Source: Candidatus Binatota bacterium
GTDB lineage: Bacteria > Desulfobacterota > Binatia > UBA1149
Direction of reading: 5' to 3'
DNA: 64,000 nucleotides
Assembly (NCBI GenBank): GCA_012960245.1
Contig: DUBO01000038.1
Span: 10,627-74,626 of the forward strand
The notes under the pieces are model-generated. The model was not told the origin of the DNA and did not search any database. It was given only the letters and a program-made list of their open reading frames with translations. This document shows, one piece after another, positions 10,002 through 17,947 of this stretch. How positions within the stretch are numbered: position 1 is the first letter of the stretch; every line of letters begins with the position of its first letter. Made by a program: the position numbers and the translations under genes.

Positions 10002-10820
10002 TCAGCCGGCAGACCTCAGCTCAACGGTATCCACGCTCGCGCCTGCCGGGCGGGTGACGGCGTGCAACAGCGACTCGGCCACGGTCGAGGGCTGCATGGG
10101 AGCGCCGGCGAAGGCGAGGTAGCCTTGCTCGTCCCACAGCTCGATCGCGCGCGCGGCCTCGGCCGGATCCCAGTCTTCCATGAAACCACCGTCGGTGGCG
10201 CCCGACCTGAGCAGGGTCACGCGGATGTTGTCACCGCGCAACTCGGCCCGCAGGCCACGCGTAAACAACTCGAGTCCGGCCTTTGTGGCGGTGTAAGTCG
10301 ACAACAACGGAAACGGATTGAGCACCGCCTCCGAGCCTATGTTGACGATCTGCCCTCCACCCGATTTTTTCATAAGCGGCACAGCCTCACGGCTGCACAA
10401 CAGCGGGCCGCCCAGGTTGGTGTAAACGGTTGCGCGCAGGTCTTCGTCCGACGCGTTTTCTATTGAGTGCAGGCAGCCGATGGCAGCGTTGTTGACCAGC
10501 AGGTCGAGGCCGCCCATTTCGCGCGCCACGGTGACAAAAGCAGCGCGCACGCTGTCAGCATCGGCAACATCGGTCGGTACGGCCAGCGCCTGCGCGCCCA
10601 GCTCGGCGGCGACGCGCTCGAGTCGCTCACGTCCGCGGGCCAGCAAGGCCACCCTGGCGCCGGCATCAACAAGACAGCGGGCAACGGCTTCGCCAATTCC
10701 GCGCGAGGCTCCGGTGACGACCGCCACGCGGCCGGCAAGTTCAGCGGCAGTACTACCCTGAGCCGGCATGGCGGCCAGCATCCAGTCCCCCCGCGCCCAG
10801 TGCAAGCGCCGATGATACAT
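10002..10820 (-). CDS. Short-chain dehydrogenase/reductase (start may be about 10769-10781)
   Basis: TGASRGIG, NNA, YTATK. Confidence 0.9.
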   Translation of the reverse strand: MYHRRLHWARGDWMLAAMPAQGSTAAELAGRVAVVTGASRGIGEAVARCLVDAGARVALLARGRERLERVAAELGAQALAVPTDVADADSVRAAFVTVAREMGGLDLLVNNAAIGCLHSIENASDEDLRATVYTNLGGPLLCSREAVPLMKKSGGGQIVNIGSEAVLNPFPLLSTYTATKAGLELFTRGLRAELRGDNIRVTLLRSGATDGGFMEDWDPAEAARAIELWDEQGYLAFAGAPMQPSTVAESLLHAVTRPAGASVDTVELRSAG

Positions 10821-10847
10821 GCTCCCTTGTGGGGGCTATCGAGCAGC

Positions 10848-11465
10848 TTACGCAGGCGGGCGCATAGTCACGCCGACGAGCGTGTTGAGAAAGTGCTCGA
10901 CCTGGTCGTCCGGCCGGCCGGCGAACTTCATCTGAACCAGCATGTGGGCCGAGCCGACCACCAACCTGGCGTCGTCGTCTGCGTCCACGTCGGCGGCGAC
11001 GCTGCCCTCGGCCTGCCCGCGCTCAATGGTGTCACGCATGATGGCCACGATCTCTTCCTGTAGCTCGAGGTAGCGCGGCCAGGTGTCCTCGCCCACCGCG
11101 GTGCTGTAGTCGAGCCACACGCGCGCCACGTCGGGACGGCGAGTGACACCTTCCACGAAGGCCCGAGCGTGACGGTGCACGACCTCCGGTGCCGGGCCAC
11201 CGCGGCCGTGAACGCTCTCGGCCATCTCGAGGAGAAAATCGGCCACCTCGCTGACCACCGCTTCCACCAGGCTTTCGCGGCTGGGAAAATAAACAAACAC
11301 CGTTGATACCGCGCAACCCGCCTGCTCGGCCACCTGGGAGTGGCCCGCGCGGCCCACTCCCAAACGAGCAAACACCGCTATGGCAGCCTCGAGGAGCTCT
11401 CTCCTGCGCTGTTCGGGAGACAATCGCCGGCGTTTTTTTGCGTTGTTTTGCACGATCCTTGACAC
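10848..11465 (-). CDS. TetR-family regulator, LuxR/HapR/SmcR-like
   Basis: RRRLSPEQRRRELLEAAIAVFARLGVGRAGHSQVAEQAGCAVSTVFVYFPSRESLV and VWLDYSTAVGEDTWP resemble Vibrio LuxR/HapR as recalled. Confidence 0.85.
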   Translation of the reverse strand: MSRIVQNNAKKRRRLSPEQRRRELLEAAIAVFARLGVGRAGHSQVAEQAGCAVSTVFVYFPSRESLVEAVVSEVADFLLEMAESVHGRGGPAPEVVHRHARAFVEGVTRRPDVARVWLDYSTAVGEDTWPRYLELQEEIVAIMRDTIERGQAEGSVAADVDADDDARLVVGSAHMLVQMKFAGRPDDQVEHFLNTLVGVTMRPPA

Positions 11466-11491
11466 GGTGGGCTCCAGTGGGGTACACTCTG

Positions 11492-11521
11492 ACGACTATT
11501 GAGTGATTTGTCAATAGTCGT
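11492..11521. promoter_or_regulatory. Palindromic operator ACGACTATTGA-N8-TCAATAGTCGT (LuxR/HapR-box-like)
   Basis: Perfect 11-bp inverted repeat with 8-bp spacer in the divergent tetR/diiron intergenic region. Confidence 0.85.
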
Positions 11522-11577
11522 TGTAAGCGAAGCGCCCGGGCAGCAAGCTGCCCGTGAGAGCAAAAACAGGAGCCACC

Positions 11578-12768
11578 ATGAGCAAGCCAGCCGCCAGTCC
11601 CACTGACCTCAAGCCCCTGCCCCCCGAACACGCCGTGCCCGAAGAAAGCTTGGAGTCTTACGAGCTGGCCTTCGGCCAACAGATGAACACCTGGGCCGAG
11701 ATACTGGAGGAAAACCACGAACGTCTTCACGCCGGAAGATTCTCGCTGCACTGGATGGAGACCGACAAGGCTAACTGGGGCCGGCGGGCAAAACCGTCGT
11801 CGCGCGGCATGACCTACACCGACACGAACCGGGTCGAACCTTACGGGCAGATGCCCGAGAAGGCCGACTGGCTCAACTTTGCACCGCGCGGTTCGGTACG
11901 CGAGCCCTACGCGGACCGCATGCCCGTGGTCTCTGCTTACGATGTCGTCGATCGCAACGAGCTGTGGGCCGAAAACGTCATCACCCTCTACGAAGAGGCC
12001 AAGGCCAGGCAGTGGAACGCCACACGCGACATTCCCTGGGACGAGCTCGAGCCCCTGCCCGATGACCTCGAGAAGGCCACCTGCCAGTTGTGTACCTTCC
12101 TGACCGAAGTCGAGTTCGTGGCCGGTGACTTCCCGGCCAAGTGGTTGTACCGCATTCCCCAGGACTTTCTCGAGGTCAAGAGTTTTCTCGCCACCCAGTT
12201 GATGGACGAGGCCCGCCACCAGGAGGTATTCCGCAAGCGCGCGATTGCCGGCGGTGGCCTGCTGCATGCCTCGCCGGGATTCGAGTGGGCGCTCAAGGCC
12301 ATCATGGAAGCACCATCGCACACCATGGGTACCTTCCTGCTGAACCTGCTCGGCGAGGGCCTGGTTCTGTCCATATTCCGCTCGGGCGAAATGATAGCCA
12401 AGACCCACGTGGACAAGGAAATCTTTCGCCGTTGCTTGCAGGATGAGGCCCGCCACGTGAGCTACGGCGTCATGGAACTCAAGAACCACCTCGACAACGT
12501 GCCCGATCGCGACGCGGCGCTTGAAGACATGCACCGTTTTGCCGACGTGGGGGAGATGGTGATTCTCACCGCCTTTACCGAGGCCGCGCTGGTGGAACCG
12601 CTGTCCATACTCCTGGGAGGCGGGCTCGACCGCATAGAGCAGGGGCTGGAGCAGGCCGGTGCCCTGTGGGGCGACTTCATCGAGGAGTACCTCGGTCGCT
12701 GCCAACGCGCCGGCTTCGATCGCAGCGAGCGCTGCGGCATTCCGATCCAGGCACCGTGGTTGCAGTAA
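11578..12768 (+). CDS. Ferritin-like diiron-carboxylate enzyme (putative oxygenase/desaturase)
   Basis: E...DEARH...E...DEARH ligand pattern (LTEVE, MDEARHQ, LGEG, QDEARHV); ATG 11578 after AGGAG. Confidence 0.85.
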   Translation: MSKPAASPTDLKPLPPEHAVPEESLESYELAFGQQMNTWAEILEENHERLHAGRFSLHWMETDKANWGRRAKPSSRGMTYTDTNRVEPYGQMPEKADWLNFAPRGSVREPYADRMPVVSAYDVVDRNELWAENVITLYEEAKARQWNATRDIPWDELEPLPDDLEKATCQLCTFLTEVEFVAGDFPAKWLYRIPQDFLEVKSFLATQLMDEARHQEVFRKRAIAGGGLLHASPGFEWALKAIMEAPSHTMGTFLLNLLGEGLVLSIFRSGEMIAKTHVDKEIFRRCLQDEARHVSYGVMELKNHLDNVPDRDAALEDMHRFADVGEMVILTAFTEAALVEPLSILLGGGLDRIEQGLEQAGALWGDFIEEYLGRCQRAGFDRSERCGIPIQAPWLQ

Positions 12769-13259
12769 TGCCCGAGCCGCAGCAACAGGGCCGCGCTGCC
12801 GCCGGGACGGCCAACGCTATAGAGTTCCCCTCGCTCGCGTGGTTCGAGCGCCTGGCCGCGATGATGAACGACAACCGCGCGCGGCAGGAAAAACTCGGCT
12901 ACACGGATTGCGTGGCCGGCTTCTCGGTGACCGGTACCGAAGCGCTGACCGTGCAGGTGAGCTTTGATGAGTTCGAAGCAGTGGACGTGCGCGTGGTCGA
13001 CGCGAGCGAAGCCTCGCGTGCCGACTTCACGCTGGAGGCCGATCTCGCGACCTGGCAGGCGATGATAGAAAGCATCGCCGCGGGCGAAGGTCGCCCTGCC
13101 CTCGACCAGACGCTCAACCGCCTGAGCCACATGGGCACGCCCCTGCGCCTGAGCTCGGACGACCCCCTGCGACGCGACATGTACTTTCGTTTCAACCAGA
13201 GCCTGCAGGAGTTTTTTAACGCTTCGGCGAGCTTCGAGACCAGCTTTCCCGCGTCCTGA
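12768..13259 (+). CDS. SCP2 (sterol/lipid carrier)-like protein
   Basis: FPSLAWF start and ADFTLEADLATWQAM motif typical of SCP2-like folds; TAATG overlap with the upstream gene. Confidence 0.65.
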   Translation: MPEPQQQGRAAAGTANAIEFPSLAWFERLAAMMNDNRARQEKLGYTDCVAGFSVTGTEALTVQVSFDEFEAVDVRVVDASEASRADFTLEADLATWQAMIESIAAGEGRPALDQTLNRLSHMGTPLRLSSDDPLRRDMYFRFNQSLQEFFNASASFETSFPAS

Positions 13260-13270
13260 GCCTGTTACTC

Positions 13271-13561
13271 ATGCCCCGCCGACACGGACACTACTACGTA
13301 GACGACACCTGCATTGGTTGCGGCGCCTGCGATCACGCCTGCCCGGGCAAGGTGGAGGCGGTCTACGAGGTTCCCGGCGATTTTCTGGGCCGTTTCGCCA
13401 TCGTGGTCGAGGAGTGCATAGACTGCGACCTCTGCGTGCCGCTGTGCCCGGTCGACTGCATACACGACGCCCGCAACGAGGGCATAGCCAGCAAAGATGG
13501 CGACCTCGAGCAGATCAATAAACTCCAGTCCTGGGCAGAAGCCCGTCCCCAGCCGCTGTAA
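13271..13561 (+). CDS. 2[4Fe-4S] ferredoxin
   Basis: CIGCGACDHACP and CIDCDLCVPLCP. Confidence 0.92.
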   Translation: MPRRHGHYYVDDTCIGCGACDHACPGKVEAVYEVPGDFLGRFAIVVEECIDCDLCVPLCPVDCIHDARNEGIASKDGDLEQINKLQSWAEARPQPL

Positions 13562-13657
13562 CGCGCGCTTTTTTCAGCGCGGCGGTACGGCTAGATTCCG
13601 CAGGCTCACGCTGCGCGAAATCGCGCTCCGCGAAACCACAGGGGGTTACCTTTGCCG

Positions 13658-15883
13658 ATGAACAAATTCTATACAGCCATTGCCTGCGTCCTGTTGCTTA
13701 CCGCCTGCGGGCAACACGAGGGCCCGGGCAGCATAGAAGGCGCGGGCCAGCCCGACTCCATGGCAGCCGACAAGACGGCCCGCCAGGCGGCGACCGCCAA
13801 TGTCCTGGCCAACCGTGCGAAAGCCGGTGCAACAGACAAGCAGATCCTGTTCGGCGACCTGCACGTACACTCCACCTTTTCGGCCGACGCTTTCATGATG
13901 AGCCTGCCCATCCTCCAGGGCGAAGGCGCGCACCCGGTGGCCGACGCCTGCGACTTTGCGCGCTACTGCTCCAACCTCGACTTCTGGAGCATCAACGACC
14001 ACGCCGAGGCCATCACGCCCCTGCGCTGGAAGGAAACCACCGACACCATTCGCCAGTGTAACGAGTTGGCCGGTGACCCCGACAACCCCGACGTGGTGGC
14101 CTACCTGGGCTGGGAGTGGACGCAGATAGGCTTCACCCGCGACACGCACTACGGCCACAAGAACGTCATCCTGCGTGACCTCGACGACGGCATGATCCCC
14201 ACCCGGCCCATACACGCGGGCGGCCTCGCCGGACAAGGCATGCGCACCCGGCAGAGTTTTCTGCAGCGTTGGTTCCCGGTCGTCGCCGACCTCCCCAACG
14301 CCCAGCGCTACCTCAACGCCAACACCTTCCAGGAAGAAATCGGCGAGACTCCCATCTGCGCTGACGGCGTAGACACGCGCGAGCTGCCACCGGACTGCTC
14401 CGAAGAAGCGGTCTCACCCGACGTGCTCTACGAAAAACTCGCGCAGTGGGGACACGAGTCCATTGTTATTCCCCACGGCACCACCTGGGGCCTGTATTCG
14501 CCGCCCGGCTCGAGCTGGGACAAGCAACTGTCCGGAACCATGCACGACGCCGATCGGCAGACCCTGATCGAGGTCTTCTCGGGCCACGGCAACAGCGAAG
14601 AGTACCGCTCGTGGCGAGCCGCTGATATCGAACAGGAAGGAGCCGATGCCTGCCCAGCGCCCGAACCCGGCTTCGAGGCCTGCTGCTGGCGCGCCGGCGA
14701 AATCATCGGCGATCTCTGCGATAACCGGGATTCGGACGAGTGCCGCGAGAAGATAGTCGAGGCCCGCGCCAACTACCTGGCCGCGAGCCCATCGGGACGA
14801 CTGACAATCCCGTGGGCGCCGCTGGTCGAGTGGGGCAACTGCGACGAATGCAGCGACTGTTTCATACCCTCGATGGGTTACCGCCCGGCCAGCTCGGCCC
14901 AGTACATCATGGCGATTTCGAACTTCGAGGACGAAGACAAGGAGCCACGACGATTTCGCTTCGGCTTCATGGCGTCGAGCGACAACCACACCGCCCGCCC
15001 CGGTACCGGCTTCAAGGAATTTGACCGGCAGGCCAACACCGAGGCCGCCGGCGCCCGCGACGAGACCTGGGCCAAGCGCTTGATGCCCAGCTACCTCGCC
15101 CCGGCAGGCGACCGCTCCCAGCAGGTCACGCCGGGCGACCCGGCCGCCATGCGTACGCAGATCGTCGACTTCGAACGACAGGCGTCGTTCTTCATGACCG
15201 GTGGCCTGGTGGCCGTGCACTCCCCGGCGCGTGATCGCGGAGCGATATGGGACTCGATGGCACGCCGCGAGATCTACGGCACCAGCGGCCCGCGCATACT
15301 GCTCTGGTTTGACCTCCTCAACGGCCCCGACGGCGAGGTGCTGCCCATGGGCAGTGAACTCGAGCTGGCCAACAACCCGCGCCTGCGCGTGCGCGCAGCC
15401 GGTAGCTTTGAGCAGACCGAGGGCTGCCCCGAAGAATCACTGTCGGCCCTGTCACCCGAGCGACTGGCCTACCTCTGCCGTGGCGAGTGCTACAACCCGG
15501 GCGAAAAACGCCGGCAGATAACCCGCATAGACGTGGTGCGCATCAGGCCGCAGGAATCGCCCGACGAGGACGTGGCCGACCTCATCGACGACCCCTGGCG
15601 CAGTTTTGACTGCCCGGCCGACGCCGACGGCTGCACGGTAGAGTTCGACGACCCCGAGTTCCTGGGCAGCGGCCGCGAGGCGCTCTACTACGCGCGCGCC
15701 ATCGAAGAGCCCACGCCCACGGTGAACGCCGGCGGATCGCGGTGCGAATTTGACGAGCAGGGCGACTGCAAGCCCGACCCCTGCTACGGCGACTACCGCA
15801 CCGACTACGACGACGACTGCCTGGAGCCGGCCGCCCACCGCGCCTGGTCGTCGCCGATATTCCTGACGCCGGCGGGCAGCTGA
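13658..15883 (+). CDS. DUF3604 (PHP-like metallohydrolase) lipoprotein
   Basis: Lipobox LTAC; FGDLHVHS, NDH, GWEWT, SSDNHTARPG, YGTSGPRI, RAWSSPIF. Confidence 0.85.
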   Translation: MNKFYTAIACVLLLTACGQHEGPGSIEGAGQPDSMAADKTARQAATANVLANRAKAGATDKQILFGDLHVHSTFSADAFMMSLPILQGEGAHPVADACDFARYCSNLDFWSINDHAEAITPLRWKETTDTIRQCNELAGDPDNPDVVAYLGWEWTQIGFTRDTHYGHKNVILRDLDDGMIPTRPIHAGGLAGQGMRTRQSFLQRWFPVVADLPNAQRYLNANTFQEEIGETPICADGVDTRELPPDCSEEAVSPDVLYEKLAQWGHESIVIPHGTTWGLYSPPGSSWDKQLSGTMHDADRQTLIEVFSGHGNSEEYRSWRAADIEQEGADACPAPEPGFEACCWRAGEIIGDLCDNRDSDECREKIVEARANYLAASPSGRLTIPWAPLVEWGNCDECSDCFIPSMGYRPASSAQYIMAISNFEDEDKEPRRFRFGFMASSDNHTARPGTGFKEFDRQANTEAAGARDETWAKRLMPSYLAPAGDRSQQVTPGDPAAMRTQIVDFERQASFFMTGGLVAVHSPARDRGAIWDSMARREIYGTSGPRILLWFDLLNGPDGEVLPMGSELELANNPRLRVRAAGSFEQTEGCPEESLSALSPERLAYLCRGECYNPGEKRRQITRIDVVRIRPQESPDEDVADLIDDPWRSFDCPADADGCTVEFDDPEFLGSGREALYYARAIEEPTPTVNAGGSRCEFDEQGDCKPDPCYGDYRTDYDDDCLEPAAHRAWSSPIFLTPAGS

Positions 15884-15914
15884 GAGCGGGAGTAGCTGAA
15901 AGCGAGGCCGGCGG

Positions 15915-16583
15915 TCAGAGCTTGCGCGCCAGCAGCAGGCCGTCGGCCACGCTTATCATCACTGCTTCAACGCGCGGGTCGGCGACCACGGCATCGTTCA
16001 GTTCGCGGATTGCTACCGTGTCTTCGGTCTGGTCCTTTTCGCGCGCCACCTGCCCCAGCCACAGCACGTTGTCGAACACGATCAACCCTCCCGCGCGCAT
16101 GCGCGGCAACAACTGCTCGTAGTAGTCGCGGTAGCCGGTCTTGTCGGCATCGATGAAGGCAAAGTCAATGTCGGCTTCTTCGGGCAATGCGCGCAGGGTT
16201 TCGGCGGCAGGCGCGATACACAGCTCTATGGTGTCGTCCAACCCGGCGCGCGTGAAGTAGCGACGGGCCATCGAGGTCCATTCCTCGCTCACGTCGCAAC
16301 AGAGCAGGCTGCCCCCCGGCGCGAGCCCACTGGCGATACAGATCGCGCTGTAGCCGGTAAAGGTACCCACTTCGACTGCCTTGCGGGCACCCATCAAGCG
16401 CACGAGCATGGTCAACAGGGCTCCCTGGTCGGGCGCTATCTGCATCATCGAGATGTCGCCCATGGCCAGGGTCTCCTCGGCCAGCTCTTCGAGCAGCGAG
16501 CGGTGCCCGGAGTCGTGCCCGCTGCGATGTGCGCACAGGTATTCGTACAGTCCCTCGCTGAGCGGCGTCGGCAGAAGGCTCAT
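15915..16583 (-). CDS. SAM-dependent O-methyltransferase (caffeoyl-CoA OMT-like)
   Basis: VEVGTFTGYS, FIDADK, DNVLW. Confidence 0.92.
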   Translation of the reverse strand: MSLLPTPLSEGLYEYLCAHRSGHDSGHRSLLEELAEETLAMGDISMMQIAPDQGALLTMLVRLMGARKAVEVGTFTGYSAICIASGLAPGGSLLCCDVSEEWTSMARRYFTRAGLDDTIELCIAPAAETLRALPEEADIDFAFIDADKTGYRDYYEQLLPRMRAGGLIVFDNVLWLGQVAREKDQTEDTVAIRELNDAVVADPRVEAVMISVADGLLLARKL

Positions 16584-17431
16584 CCCATGCCCCCCCCTTC
16601 ACCGTCGCGCTTTCGCCGGGCCGCGGCGCGGGCGCTCTCCACGACGTCTTCGGGGACCGGCTCCATCCAGCTCATGCCCTTGAGCATGAGTGACGGGAGG
16701 AGAAACCTCATCCAGCGGGCGGCGAGCAGCTGCGGACTGTAGCGCGGAGCGACCACCTCGCGCAGCTTGTTCTCAATGCACCCGAGGATGGCATCCACCA
16801 CTATTGACGGCGGGTGCAGGTTGCCGCTGTAGGCACTGTGACTTTCGTCCTTGTCCCAGATCTCGGTATCGATGGGCCCCGGTATGACCAGTCCCGCGTG
16901 GATGCCCGACCCCGCCAGGTCGGTCCATAGCCCCTCGGTAAAACCATCCATTGCCGCCTTTGAAGCCGTGTAGGCAGTCTCGCGCGGCGGCGCGACCTGG
17001 GCGGCAAACGAAGACACGTTTACTATCCACGCCTCGCCCAGCAACAGCATGTGGGGAATAGCCGCCAGCGTGGTCCACACGCTCGACATGAAGTTAACCC
17101 GCATCACCATCTCCACGTCTTCGGGCGTAACATCGTAGATATGTTTGTGAATGGGGATGCCCGCGTTGTTGACCAGGATGTCGAGCCGACCGAAGCGACG
17201 AGCGCTGTCGTTTACCACGTGCTCGGCGAAGGCGCGCTCACCGAGATCGCCGACCATGAAGGTGGAATCCGACGCGTGCCGTTGGCAGCGGCTGGTGAGT
17301 TCCTCGAGCTCGGCCTGCCGGCGCGCAACACCCACCACGGTGCAACCACGCTCGGCCAGTGCCAGGGCCGCCTGGTAGCCTATGCCCGACGAAGCACCCG
17401 TGACCACCGCAACCTTTCCCCTGTAGTTCAT
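16580..17431 (-). CDS. Short-chain dehydrogenase/reductase
   Basis: TGASSGIG, NNAG, YTASK. Confidence 0.92.
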   Translation of the reverse strand: MNYRGKVAVVTGASSGIGYQAALALAERGCTVVGVARRQAELEELTSRCQRHASDSTFMVGDLGERAFAEHVVNDSARRFGRLDILVNNAGIPIHKHIYDVTPEDVEMVMRVNFMSSVWTTLAAIPHMLLLGEAWIVNVSSFAAQVAPPRETAYTASKAAMDGFTEGLWTDLAGSGIHAGLVIPGPIDTEIWDKDESHSAYSGNLHPPSIVVDAILGCIENKLREVVAPRYSPQLLAARWMRFLLPSLMLKGMSWMEPVPEDVVESARAAARRKRDGEGGGMG

Positions 17432-17743
17432 CCTGTAAGCCTCTCTGTCGGTGGCAACCGTTGCGCTGCGGCTGCTCGCCCATTGGGTATACGCTCAGCC
17501 GTGGCCCTGCAACCGCGACACTTCACCCCCTTATGCAGGGGTCGGGGCCATGCGGCTGATACACAGCCGACGCCTTGCTCTTCAACGAAAAGAAGTCCCT
17601 TTGCCACCCGCTGGCCGCCAGATCCCCCTCCACGAGCTGGCGCCCGTTGACAGGTGCCGGTTGCTGCCGCTCAACTGGACAATGAGCGGGGTCTACGGGG
17701 GCCGAAGCGGGAGGATCTCCAGCCGGCCCTCCCACGGCCCACT

Positions 17744-17802
17744 GCAAACCAGGCTTGGCAGCAAGCAGCCGGATGCTACGGCAGGTGAAAACCCAGCTTA
17801 GC
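17744..17802. promoter_or_regulatory. Two copies of the shared upstream motif (GCAAAC-CAGG-CTTGGC 17744-17759; GAAAAC-CCAG-CTTAGC 17787-17802)
   Basis: Match the motif found upstream of three other sigma54 promoters in the window. Confidence 0.55.
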
Positions 17803-17865
17803 GGCTACAGTGCCGGAGCATGGACGCCCGGCGGGTAGTAGCGCCTCGCGGCGCTTGTGTCGGAT

Positions 17866-17882
17866 GCGGCACAGCGATTGCA
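17866..17882 (+). promoter_or_regulatory. Sigma54 (-24/-12) promoter
   Basis: GCGGCACAGCGATTGCA, GG-N10-GC, 65 bp before ATG 17948. Confidence 0.7.
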
Positions 17883-17947
17883 ACGTTAAAGGAAAAGAAT
17901 ACAGCGGCGGGAGCCTTACAGGGGCCCCTGCCGGGGGGACAGATAAC

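Noticed and set aside
11578-12768. Diiron protein as a ribonucleotide reductase beta subunit or PaaA/BoxB
   Set aside because: No partner subunits nearby and no family-specific motifs recognised beyond the shared DExxH ligands
17501-17570. Nested hairpins in the 500-bp intergenic region as a possible riboswitch or ncRNA
   Set aside because: No recognisable Rfam consensus; such stems are common by chance at this GC content
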